From positions 860,050 to 924,049 of the forward strand of contig JAKMXF010000066.1 of NCBI GenBank assembly GCA_024704765.1: a stretch of DNA of 64,000 nucleotides, read 5' to 3'. Below, in pieces: positions 20,923 through 33,200 of the stretch. Below the pieces are notes generated by a model. The model was not told the DNA's origin. It made no database searches and saw only the letters and a program-made list of their open reading frames with translations. Origin of the DNA: Oopsacas minuta (taxonomy: Eukaryota > Animalia > Porifera). The stretch's first letter is position 1, and every line of letters starts with the position of its first letter. The position numbers were made by a program, and so were the translations under genes.

Positions 20923-21947
20923 CTAAGTAGATCCTGATTTTGATATGATTTGAGTTTTCAATTCTTTGAAGTCGATTAAATCACCCGCTTCTGTTATATG
21001 GAGATCTACAAAGGAGGCTGGTGTTACTTTCTTCAGAGCATCTTTTGAGCTAGAGTACAGCATCTTGTGCTTTATCTTGCCGTTATCTGGATTGCTAAAA
21101 ACAAACAATAAATAATATAATAAACAAATTTTGAAGCTTTCTCTTCCCTCTTATTAGAAATGTAAGTACAGTAATCTCCCGTTAGTAACGAAGAGATTCT
21201 AAATGAAACCGGTGTTTCGTTATAACTAGAGGTTACTGTAAACGGGGGAAGATAGCACTCTAGAATAACTTACTAATGAAAGAGGATATTCTTGTCAAGA
21301 ACTCTTCCACCCTTATCACACACATAATTGAAGTACATGTATCTGGGCTCACTAGGATTGTCATTTAGTTTCGCGTGGAGTAACTCCAAAGCTTTCTGTG
21401 TCTTCTTCTCTGAATCAACTGGCGATTCCTTGAGATTTACCAATATCTCCTCTTGGCTGTCATCTAGCTTCACTACTTCGATACACTTATTGTCATCTGA
21501 TATTTTGAATATAGCATACCTCTGTTTACGTAGCTTGACATCATTCATTATAGTCTTCGCATCTTCATGAACTTCCACACCGGATGTTGCCTAGATAACA
21601 CTAATAATATTTTGCTACTTCTAATATCAATGGTAAGTGTTATACACCCCTGATGGTACCATGTTCCCCCTGGTATACCGAACTTATTGTTCCCGTTAGA
21701 ACACGGATATATAGAAATACCAGCTTATATCGAGGTGTGAAATTGTACACAAATATGTCATAAACCGTTAAAGTAACATAATTCCATTGGTTATATATCG
21801 GAATAACTATTGAGGTCCTTGGAGTTTAGATATAACGAGAATTGAATGTTAAAATAAGCGTTGGTGGTGGAGGAGGGTGTAATACCTCTACCCATGAGGT
21901 ATCGCCTCCTACACCCTACACCATAGGTTCATGAGATAACTCACCAT
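20923..21947 (-). CDS. Actin-depolymerising factor / cofilin
   Basis: ATG-only first exon (ATG|GTGAGT at 21947-21945, typical of ADF/cofilin genes), then ATSGVEVHEDAKTIMNDVKLRKQRYAIFKISDD, EPRYMYF, PDNGKIKHKMLYSSSKDALKK. Confidence 0.92.
21169..21238. mobile_element. 70-bp MITE-like element with TA target duplication in a cofilin intron
   Basis: ta|cagtaatctcccgttagtaacgaa ... ttcgttataactagaggttactg|ta; imperfect terminal inverted repeats of about 23 bp. Confidence 0.75.
21690..21848. mobile_element. MITE, reverse-orientation relative of 27458-27624, in cofilin intron 1
   Basis: Colinear homology to the reverse complement of 27458-27624 (atagaaatac...tatcgaggtgtgaaattgtac...aaagtaacata...ggttatat...ggtcct). 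Confidence 0.75.
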
Positions 21948-22245
21948 TATTCAAAAATAATCTCAGTTAGTAAATCAACAATAAAAGTGCAAGAATAAAG
22001 CCTAATAGAATTCAATGCATTTATACTACTCATTTGAATCTGTATATTATATTACTTCCTTATATGGTAATACTCTTTATACAGATTTATAGCTTTATTT
22101 GGTCAAATTGTTTTCTTTGCACTTTCAAATTATGTTTGTTTTATTTATGTCCTGTTATGGTGATGTTATTTGCTACATAACAACCGTATAAGCACACAAA
22201 TATGTAGAGTCTTACGATACCAATATTCTAAAATTAGTTACACAT

Positions 22246-23241
22246 ATGGCTGATAATGCGGCTAACCTAGGGGAGGGTCTGAGGATCGGAGAAGTCAGTT
22301 TTACTCCCATACAGTCCTCACCTTATATCGCTCCTTACAGGATGAAGTTTATACAGGTTAGTTATTTGTTTACAAACAAATGTTTACTTATTTGTTTGTT
22401 TGTTTGTTTGTTTGTTGTTTAGAATGATAAGAAGAGAGTATGGGATTGTGTGAAGGCACATGACAGGTAATCTGAGGTGTTAGATTAATCATATTTATGT
22501 AATAAATGGATATCTTTTAGTTTATCAATTCTGTTATTTAATACTTCTACAAAAGAGCTGGTTATAGTCAAGCAATTCAGACCTGGTAAATATTGTCTAT
22601 TTGTTTGTTTATTTGTTAATTATTTGTTTACTTGTTTACAGCTGTTTACGCTCGTAAGCTGTTTGATAAGCTAGAGAAGGAAGGAACCATGGATTTGTCT
22701 AAACTGTCAGAATTAACAGAAATAAAACAGGACTCCCTCTGTAACAGCAGGGAGGGTATCACATATGAAGTCTGTGCTGGTCTGGTTGATAAGAATAAAC
22801 CCTTGGAAGAGATTGCGCAATCAGAAGTGAGCTATCATATTTACAAATATTGTAATTATGTAATAGGAATGTTTGTTGCTATGTAGGCATGGGAGGAATG
22901 TGGGTATAGAGTACCTCTGGAGAATATTAAGAAGTTTAATTCTTACCTTAGTAGTCTAGGACTCAGTGCTACTAAACATGTAAGTAACTAATCAACAAAC
23001 AAACAAACAAATTATCGCCTATTATACTCTACAGACAATGTTCTACGCAGAAGTGACCAATGAGATGCGAGTGGGGACAGGAGGTGGTCTGACTACTGAG
23101 CAAGAGGAGATAGAGGTGCTCCACCTGTCTCTGGGGGCAGCTAGACACCTCCTCTGGGATGAGACCAGGTTTAAATCATGTGGACTATGTCTTGCTATTA
23201 CCTGGTTCCTTACTACACAAGATATGAAGTTATATGATTAA
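22246..23241 (+). CDS. NUDT14: Uridine diphosphate glucose pyrophosphatase (Nudix hydrolase 14), multi-exon
   Basis: SPYIAPYRMKFIQ/NDKKRVWDCVKAHD, LVIVKQFRP/AVY, GITYEVCAGLVDKNKPLEEIAQSE/AWEECGY (Nudix box), MFYAEVTNEMRVGTGGGL...EEIEV. Confidence 0.92.
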
Positions 23242-23387
23242 TAATATGATATATTAATTATAGCAATGAGTACATTCCATTGGTTAGGAGTGTTTAATTA
23301 TTTGTCTAGCATTATAGCTATTGTAATTCAGATTTAAGGTAACACTACTCTTTATAAAGATATATTTATTGTAAGGATATTGGTTTA

Positions 23388-24866
23388 ATGAGTATAGATT
23401 TATTATTGTTATTGTTTACTACTCTGCTACTACTAGTCTGGTATGTGCTATACGGACGCCCCTCTACTGAACCACCTGGACCCTGGGGACTCCCATTAGT
23501 TGGATACCTTCCCTTCCTCGGTAAGAAAATGAACCTCACCATCAATAATCTAGCTAAGCGCTACGGGAATGTATTCCAGCTGAGAATGGGGTCTCGCAAA
23601 GTAGTAGTTATTAGTGGACAGAGGTGTGTTAGAGAAGCGTTGTTAAGGAGGGGATTGGAATTCGCAGGTAGACCCAATTTCTACTCATATACAGCCGTCA
23701 GTAAATTCGGATTCTCAGATATGAATCCATCCTTCAGGATGTATAAGAAGCAGACCATGAAGGCATTTGGGGAGTTCACCAAGACTCGGAGAAATGAACT
23801 ACAGCAGGTCGCGCATAACTCTGTAAACATGTTAATGAAAAAGTTTAAAGAGGCTAACAACATGCCATTTGACCCTAAGCGTGTCCTTGATAGAGTAGTA
23901 TGCACTATAATGGGATATATCTGTTACGGAGAGTTCTTTAACATAGAAGATGAGCTGGTGACGGCCCTGCTAGATAAAGCACAAGATTTTGCTACTTTTA
24001 TTGCCTTCGGTTTGGTCTGTGATTTCCTACCTTGGTCCAAGTTCCTCATACGTCATAAATTAAGGAGACTAGAAGAGCTGTTGTGTGTGTTTAATAAGTA
24101 TGCTGACAAAATAGCTATGGCTCATATTGGTAACTATGATGGAGAGAACATGCGGAGTATGTGTGACATATTCAGGAAAGTGGCAGAGGGTATGAATGAA
24201 GAGGAGAGAAAGGTGTTAAAAGTGGATGATGACATGCTCAAGAACCACTTATCTTCCATATTTGGTGCCGGATTTAGTACGACAGCTGGGACGCTAAAAT
24301 ATGCTATTTTAATAATGGCGATATATCCAGAAGTACAGACTAAAGTTCAACTGGAAATAGACTCAGTTATTGGGGGAGACAGATACCCAGCATTTGATGA
24401 TGAGAGTAGATTAGTGTATACATCAGCTGTTGTAACAGAGATATACAGATATCACTCTCTGGCAGCTCTAGGAGTGACACACTCCACCACTTGTAACACT
24501 ATATTTGAGGGTTATTTCATACGTAAAGATACACCTGTCATATTCAATATGTACTCAGCTCATAGAGATGATACCGTATTCACAGATCCAGAGAGATTCA
24601 TGCCGGAGAGATTCATAAGACTTGATGGGACCTTTAATTGTACCCTCGCCCAGTACGTCTCCCCTTATAGTATAGGGTTCAGGAGGTGTGCGGGGGAGCC
24701 TGTCGCACGGTTAGAGGTGTCAGTTTTCTTTGCTACTATTCTACAACAGTGTCGGATTGAATCAGCTCCTGACCACCCGCTAGACCTTGACAACTATATT
24801 ATGACATTTGGAATTTATCATAAACCATTCAAGGTCATATTCAGGTCTAGATTTGGGGAGTGGTGA
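23388..24866 (+). CDS. Cytochrome P450, clan 2 (CYP1-like), intronless, 492 aa
   Basis: N-terminal TM anchor, PPGPWGLPLVGYL, FAGRP, I-helix FGAGFSTT, ExxR (EIYR), PERF, heme motif PYSIGFRRCAGE. Confidence 0.95.
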   Translation: MSIDLLLLLFTTLLLLVWYVLYGRPSTEPPGPWGLPLVGYLPFLGKKMNLTINNLAKRYGNVFQLRMGSRKVVVISGQRCVREALLRRGLEFAGRPNFYSYTAVSKFGFSDMNPSFRMYKKQTMKAFGEFTKTRRNELQQVAHNSVNMLMKKFKEANNMPFDPKRVLDRVVCTIMGYICYGEFFNIEDELVTALLDKAQDFATFIAFGLVCDFLPWSKFLIRHKLRRLEELLCVFNKYADKIAMAHIGNYDGENMRSMCDIFRKVAEGMNEEERKVLKVDDDMLKNHLSSIFGAGFSTTAGTLKYAILIMAIYPEVQTKVQLEIDSVIGGDRYPAFDDESRLVYTSAVVTEIYRYHSLAALGVTHSTTCNTIFEGYFIRKDTPVIFNMYSAHRDDTVFTDPERFMPERFIRLDGTFNCTLAQYVSPYSIGFRRCAGEPVARLEVSVFFATILQQCRIESAPDHPLDLDNYIMTFGIYHKPFKVIFRSRFGEW

Positions 24867-24967
24867 TTGATTGTTTGTTTGTTGTTGTTTACTTGTTTGT
24901 TTACACATAATTATTGTTTATTTACTCGTAAGATATTTATTAGTATAATAATTAACTGATGTGATCG

Positions 24968-27900
24968 ATGAGCTCAACCAATCCTTTGCAATTCTCATTC
25001 CAGAGAGTCCGCCATACATTGGTCACTGTCTCTAAGATACCACATTCCTCACAGTTACTAGGACAACCATTAAATAATGCTAATATCGCTATTCAGAATT
25101 TACAAAATGAAATTTCACACCTAATCAGTTGTCATGGTTACGAGCTGGAATGTTATCTTCTTAAATCTCTGTTTTGTCACTCCCTGGAGACGGCTAGAGA
25201 CGATAGGAATGTACAGAAACTAGCCAATGAGGATTCGCAGGTACTAATAATACATTTTTTGACACCTTTATATGATTTATTTGTTTGTTTGTTTACAGGT
25301 TTATCTCCTCAAAATTCATCTCATGTCTGTGTACGAAAGACACAATTTTGTATCGCTTATCTCACATTCCTTTCAACAAGCATGTTGTCAAGTATTCAAT
25401 CCCAATTCTACCCTAGCAACGCTTGTGGTGGATAAGAATGCTCTCTCTAATCTTAACAAGGTACATACATATATATCTATTATAATATTTGTTCTTATTT
25501 ACTGTATTTAGGTGTTAAAACAATCTCTCCTCTATTCCTGTATCCTGTCTCTATCCCTACTCTCCTGTGACGTAATCAGCTCACAGGCAGAAGAGGTGTT
25601 ACATTCCTGTCTTCCTCTTATCACTGGGGATCAGTCTAGACAGGATTGGGTACATGAGGTTACCCCTGACGTCTTACAACTGATCCTATCTTATATGGTA
25701 TGTGTATATATCCACACATAATTATATACAGCTGATTATTGTGCTATTTTTAGCTACAAACAGCTGATCTGGATTCCTGTATGACTTCAAAGGAAATAAC
25801 AGAATTTATAATATTCCTTCAGAAAGAGCTCCATAGCAACCAACCTTACTCTCTGGTATTATCTCCATTAATCTACCAACATTCCTTAGATATATCTATA
25901 GCTACGCTTCTAGAACCTGCTATGTCCCGTATATCAGGTGTTAGTGAGCTATGTGATATGATACTAGAGCTGGGATACAGCTGTACCTATTCTAGGGAGG
26001 ATGTTGTAATGTTACTACAACAGCTGTCTATTCTACAGCTATCAGCTGGGTGTATTGCTAAGGTGTTAGGTAAGTGTTTGTTTGTTTATCTTATAGATAT
26101 ATTATTTGTTTATTTATTCTTAGGTTGCATGGCTACTCATCACAGAGACCTGACAGAACATGTCTCCTTATACCCTGGTATAGGACTAGACACAGACAGA
26201 CCCCATAAGGATACAGGAGAGGATCCTCAGTCTTGGGTGCTAGAAACCTTCATATCTGTCCTCAAGGATCTGGTACCGTCTCTCAACTGGAGAGAGGTTG
26301 TCCTTGCTCTAGACTACCCTGGTTTCTATCTACCAGACCCTGACAGTCTGTCTGTTATCATGAGAGCCTACAGACTAGCTACACAGGACCCATTCCCTAT
26401 AGACGCGTTATACAGGTGAGATTATGTAGTATGTACCGGATATAAGTACCATTCTCGTATATTCCTGTATATTTACTAATCTTGTGTGTTAGACCCTGGG
26501 AGAACAGAGAAGGACAGCTGAGTTGGTTACGTCAGGCGCTAAGCGGATATGCAGACTTTTCATTCGCTGATTATCAGTTCCGTAGAGTTACTATAGAACA
26601 GACTAAGTACCCCCCTGAAGATGAGACTAAAAATATTCTTACTTGGACAAGTTTGGACCTTATTGAGACCCTCTTGTCTCTAGCAGAGGGAGGACTATAC
26701 GATCAGGTTAGTATACATGCCAGGCCCGTTGCTATGGTTATGTAATGTTATTTCTAACAGGTGCTACCTCTATTCAGTTCTCCAATGAAACACTGCTCTG
26801 AGATTCTGTTGTTAGGCTTAGTGCAAGCTAAGAGCCAATGGAATGTGATACAGTTGGAGATTCTCTCTGTACTACTCCCTACATTCCTATCTACCCTTCC
26901 TGGTCCTGGATCCCACGCTATACTCAGTAGTGTTTGGCACGATCCTTCCCCTCGTGCTCAGGTAATTACTATAATTACAATAATTATATTAGTATGTTCC
27001 AAACCTGTAGCCCAGTCTATGGGGAGAGGTACACGTTGGTTTATATGATTATATTAACATCTATTGTTATGTAGGGTATTATGATGCACTCCTTGTCAGA
27101 CTGGTACACAAGGTCTGTAGATCCCTTTGATCAGAGCAGATTAACAAGAGTTCTGGAGATAGCACAGGACATGAAGTCACTAGTTAATCTCCTTAACACC
27201 GGATATCCCTTCCATTTTGCTATAGAACTAGCTTGCTTAGCTTGTAGGAGAGATTATCTCAAACTAGACATATGGTTAATGGAGAAGACTAAGATACACA
27301 GAGATATGTTTGTAGCTGCTTGTGTACAGTTCATAAGGAGTAGAGTACCTACACCTCTTATAGCTGACAAGATACCACACCTCAGTCAGGTAAGTATACC
27401 GTAACTATGAGGTGTTAGAATATTATACATTACATCTTTATGATATTTCATATGTAACAGTCAACTCCTGTTACATTGCAGCTAGAGGACCATGATAATT
27501 ACTTCGATATAACCGAAGGAATGTATGTTACTTTACCGGTTTGGGACCATATTTGTACAATTTCACACCTCAATATAATCGGGTATTTCTATATTTTCGT
27601 GTTTGATGTAACAGGAATTGCTTGTTTATAAATTTGTTGTTTAGGATATTGTACTCACAATCCTATCTTCAATAAATTCACATCAAACTACTCTCAGCTC
27701 AGATGTATCAGAAGCTCTACAGCAACTAGTTAGCGTATTCGGACCTCTACCTCCTCGTCCTAGACCACATTCTATATCTTTACCTAAACAGACAGATACT
27801 GGTTTCCCTACAGGACAGCTGGACCTCTCAGGTAATATACATAATATCACCTTAACAACAGGATAACAGCATTGGTATTCATCTAATATCTAATGCATTC

Positions 27901-30209
27901 TAATGCTACATACAGTAACTGAGTTATTTCAATACAGAATTAACTAAAGTTTGTATTTGTTCATTGTCTGAGTGTCTGAGTCCTATTTTCTTCAAACAAA
28001 TCAATCTCTCATCTGTTATATCCCGCATTCCTATCTTACATACCAGCATAATCATGTTGCTAATGTATTCAGCTATCATACATTCCTCTGCACTAGCTTG
28101 GTTGCTAAGACAATCCCAAAGAATGTCATCAACTCCTCTTTGACACATTTCATCTTTCAAACTCGGCAATTCATTGGCTAACACATACAGGGCTAGTAAC
28201 CCCTCATTCTTCATGACGTCATGTTTGGCCTGTATCAGGAATATTAAACTTTTCACACCTCCGTGTGTCCATATGTTACTGAGTCCTTCTGTGTGTCCTG
28301 TAGACCCCTTCACTAGTGTAGCTATAAGTCTACTGCTCTCTGATTGTATGTGTTCTATGCTGTGACATTCCATTTCTATAATTACTGATAGCATATCTAT
28401 ACCTGCTGTAAGGAATACGTGACAGGTACGAGAGGACTTAGTGAGTAGAGATCGTAGAGCTGATAGTACCTAATAGGAATGTGATATTTTATTAACACCT
28501 ATAAGCTAGTTAGTATACCTTAAATACGATAGATTCATTCTTAGAGGATAGATATCGTGACGCCAGAGCTGGTAAGAATTTATCACACAATTCGTCCTTA
28601 TTCTTGTGTGATACAGCTAGATTACGGAGAATAGACCAGCTAACGTATCCTATCTTTATACCCTGAGGATCATCACCTGCCTCTGTCAGGACATTAACTA
28701 GTATGTCTTGTAGCCCCCGGGACATCAGAGAAATACAATTCTCTTCGTTCCTAGCGAAATTAACCGCCAGAAATAGTGCACTACATTTAACACTTATGTC
28801 ATGTGAATCTAACCAATCAAATAACGAGCTAGTAATGACGTCATCTGAGTACAATAGCTTCATACACTCATCCTCTGTAGCTAGCATTCCTACAAGTTAT
28901 TGTTATTTATTTGTTTGCCTATTTGTTTACTTGTTTACTTACCTAACATCTCTAGTGCAGCTTGTCTAGTCTCCTTTACAGTATTCCATTTCCCGATGAG
29001 ACAGAGAGGTCTTCCTATCTTAGCTCTAACCATTTCTGATTTTAATTCATTCAAGTCTTCTGTCTCAATCAATTCTTTCAAGAATTCTAACAATTTGTCG
29101 ATGACTTCTTGCATTCCTACCTCTCCTAGCCTAGCAACCAGTATATCTGGTAGCTTGGCAACCATAAAGTGCTCTTGGCATGCTCTCCCGCACTCTATCA
29201 ACATTCTCAGAGCTCCAATAGCAGCCATTATACTGTCATGATCCTTACTCTCCTTTATAACTGTAGATACCGGAAGTAACACCCCCTCTGTCATTAGATC
29301 TATACCCAAATCATTATGTTCACAGGATATATTAGTTACTACTAAACACATCACACGGATTAAGGTGTTATCAGGCATGTTATTATTGGTATTTACTTCA
29401 TCTGTGAAGTGTTTGACTATACATTTAGCTCCTGAGTGCTGGAGTATCTGATCTTTACTGGGGTTATGATAGAACCCGAGATTACCCACACCTCTCATAA
29501 TCTAATTATGATATCATTAACAGGGGTACAAAATAGACCCATGGGTAACATACCTGCTGGATAACCTCCCTAGTAACCGTATCCTTCTTAAGAATGTTAA
29601 GTAGAGGTTTGATTAGCTGATCTGCTTTCTCCCTGAACGATTCCTTCTTAGCTAAGTCAGCTACCAGCTGTATGTGTGATAGTTCTGGTTCCTGATTAGT
29701 TAGTGATATAATCAGCTGTTCTATCAGCTGTGCTATGTCTCCTTCCTGTAGCTCATAAGCTGGGTCTAGACAGCTGGTAAGAATCTCCATGTAGATATTT
29801 ACAACTAAAGAACTAATAAACAAGCAAACAGAATATCATATGTTTAATTTTTTTATTGTTTGCAGGTCTGGGACTACAAACCCCTGGGAGTCTGTCACAG
29901 AGTCAGATGTTCCCAGGGACCTCTCTCTCCCTCCCTCCGACCCCCTCCTCTCCCCTCAAGCCCCCAGGCATGTACAGGAATGTTATACACGGTAAGTATA
30001 ATAGGTATACCAGCACATGGCAACGGATTGGACCCATGACCTTTGTTACCGAGCTATTTATAGGAATGGGACAGAACCCTTTGATGTTCCCTGGATCAGC
30101 TGTTGGAGAGTCTACCCCTTCCTATGGTGTCATGGGTAGAGGAGGAATAGCTGAGTCTCCGATTCAATCTCTGAACCCCTCTAGGTTCTCCTCCCGACAA
30201 CCTGTAAGC

Positions 30210-30246
<37 letters not shown>

Positions 30247-33200
30247 TACAATTAATCATACAGGAACAATCAGTAATAGAAAATAAAGCCAACCAATATT
30301 TCCAGAAGTTATACGTCACTAGCTTGACAGTAGAGATGTTCCTTTGTAAACTGAAAGGATTTAAGGACTCTACATCATCAGAGGACCGGTCCTTGTTCCA
30401 ATGTATACTCAAGAATATGTTTGATGAGTATCACTACTTCTCTCAATTTCCTTATAAGGAGTTAGAGATTACCGGACAGCTGTTTGGAGGGCTAATCAAT
30501 GAAGGACTGCTAGCTGTCCCGGATTTGGAACAAGCTCTAAAGTTAGTTCTGTTACTATATCAGCTGGTTATTATATATCACACCTCTGTTAATATATTGT
30601 ATTTACAGATGTGTGCTAGATGCCCTCAAGAAGCCGATAGATTCTAAGATGTTCCATTTTGGTATAGCAGCTCTATACAAATTTATTACTCGTATAAAGG
30701 AGAATCCTCAGTATTGCCAGCATATAGCTGCTATACCTCATTTCCATAATTTCCCTGCTCTCATACTCGAGTTTGTACAGTATGGTAAGAACCAAGAGCA
30801 CCCCCCTGCTTACTACCCAACCTTCTCTCCTATTGATGCTATGGGTTTGTTTAATCAGTTATTGTTTACTAGAATTAGTATTTGTTTATTAGAATTATTC
30901 TGTGGACCACCAAGGGGTATGTAACCCAGAAACCCCAGCTCTAAGCGATTAAACTGAAAATGTATAACGCAATATATCATACATAATCTTTGTGTTGTAA
31001 TTATACCACCAAAACATTAGAGTTTATGAATTAGCCTAATAGCTTATTGCTAGTAGTTTGGTTTCATTTTATTTCTACTTTCAACAAAGAATTATTACTG
31101 AAATTCTAGAATTATTTCTAAAAATAGAATAATACATCATTTACTTTTGTATTTTATTAATACTCAACCATTTGTATCTGTTCTAAGATTCGTCTTCTGC
31201 TCTGAGCAGCTATAAATAGAAGTTATATCCTTTTACGAATTTTAGCATTTCTTTAGAATTGAAACAAATAGTATTTTTATACATTCCTATAACGTTATTC
31301 CGTGATTAGGCAGAGATATGCAAACTGGACAGAGAAATACTCCACCCGCGGGACCTCAGTTAGCTGATGCTCCTATACCAGTATCTTCACAGGGGCCTGA
31401 TCTGTCCGCTACACAGACACCACTCCCTCCTCCCAATCAGCCTGTGTGAGTATTTATATTATTAGTAAATAACAATAATAACAATATATTTATATTCCTA
31501 TAGACCAGGTAACCCAGTGGGTAGCAAGAAGGAGCCTAGTCTCAGTAACACCCCAAAGATTGATACCCTTCTGTCTGCAGCGGAACAAGGAGAGGAGAAG
31601 GGATACATGCCTACCCCAGATATACAGGAGAAGGTCCATTTTATCTTCAATAACTTATCAGCTTCTAATCTAACTCAAAAGACTGATGACTTTAGGAAGT
31701 TAGTACAGACCGAGCACTACTCGTGGGCAGCTAGATATCTAGTACTGCAGGTGAGTTATGTGTACAATAGGTACTGATTATAAGAACACCGGATATAAGC
31801 ACTATCCTCTGGGAAACTGTTCTCATATATTCCTACTATATTGTGGTTGTATAGTATAGTCATACACTGGTGTACAACCCTTATGGTATTTATTGTTGTC
31901 TAGAGAGCCTCTACAGAACTAAACCTACACAACCTGTATATGAGCTTTCTAGATGCTTTTCAAGACTCCTGCTTCAATATAGCTGTATTGAGGGAGACTT
32001 ATAGGAATATTAAAGTCATTTTAAGGTCGGATAAGAATCTCAATAATATAGCTGACAGGACTCTGTTAAAATGCCTAGGACATTGGTTAGGTCTACAAAC
32101 CTTAGCTAAGAATAAACCTATACTACACATAGACCTAGCTGTTAAGGAATTGGTACTAGAGGCGTATCATAAAGGAATGCAGGACCTGTTATATGTGGTA
32201 CCATTTGTATCTAAGGTAAGAGAATGGAATGTTATATATCTACACAGGGGAGGTGTTATCTTGTCTCATAGGTGCTAGAGTCCTGTGCAGAGAGTAGAGT
32301 GTTTAAGCCACCTAACCCGTGGGTAATGGGAATAATGAGAGTATTAGCTGAGCTACACGCTATCCCGGATCTGAAACTAAACCTTAAATTTGAGATTGAG
32401 GTTCTCTGTAAGTACCTTTCTCTTGAGATATCTGAGGTTGATCCCTCTCAGCTGTTAGCTGATAAACAGTTGGTGGTTAATTACTGTCAGTTAAGCAAGG
32501 ATGATACAGATGATGTACTTAGATCTACCATAGATACAGGTATGTAGCATTGGTATTTGTGTGTTTATGATGATGTTTCTAATCTTCTTGCTCCTCTTAT
32601 AGAAGTTAAACCAGCTGCTTATGATACAACTACTCAACCAACAGGTATACATTCCATCTTACCATACCTGTAACTATGATATTATTATGTTATTTCTAGA
32701 TTCTAAACCTGCTTACTTCGATACTCCTCTACCTCCTCCAGGTGTGTACTCCTTAATTTGATTAACACCTGTATATAATATCCTCCTTTAGTTCCACAAC
32801 ATCCAGCTCTATATCAGTATCAAGCAATAAGCACTATACTCCCTAACATGAGTACTCTTGTTAATATTAATCCTCGTATAACTCTATTCCAAGCTTATCC
32901 TCAGTTACAATCTAATGTATGGCCAGCTATAGAACAAGCTATAAAGGATCTGATTAGACCTGTAGCAGAGAGGGCTATGAAGATAGCTCTCACTACTGCA
33001 GAGCATATTATTAAAAAGGTGTTACTTATATAACCACTTGTCTATACCGCCCGTTACAGGATAATTTACTGTTTGATTATTTAGGACTTTGCTCTTGATC
33101 CAGATGAGAACAGGATGAGGACAGCTGCTTATCATATGGTTAAACATATGGCAGCTGGTATGGCACTAATCACCTGTAGAGACCCTCTACACATAACGAT

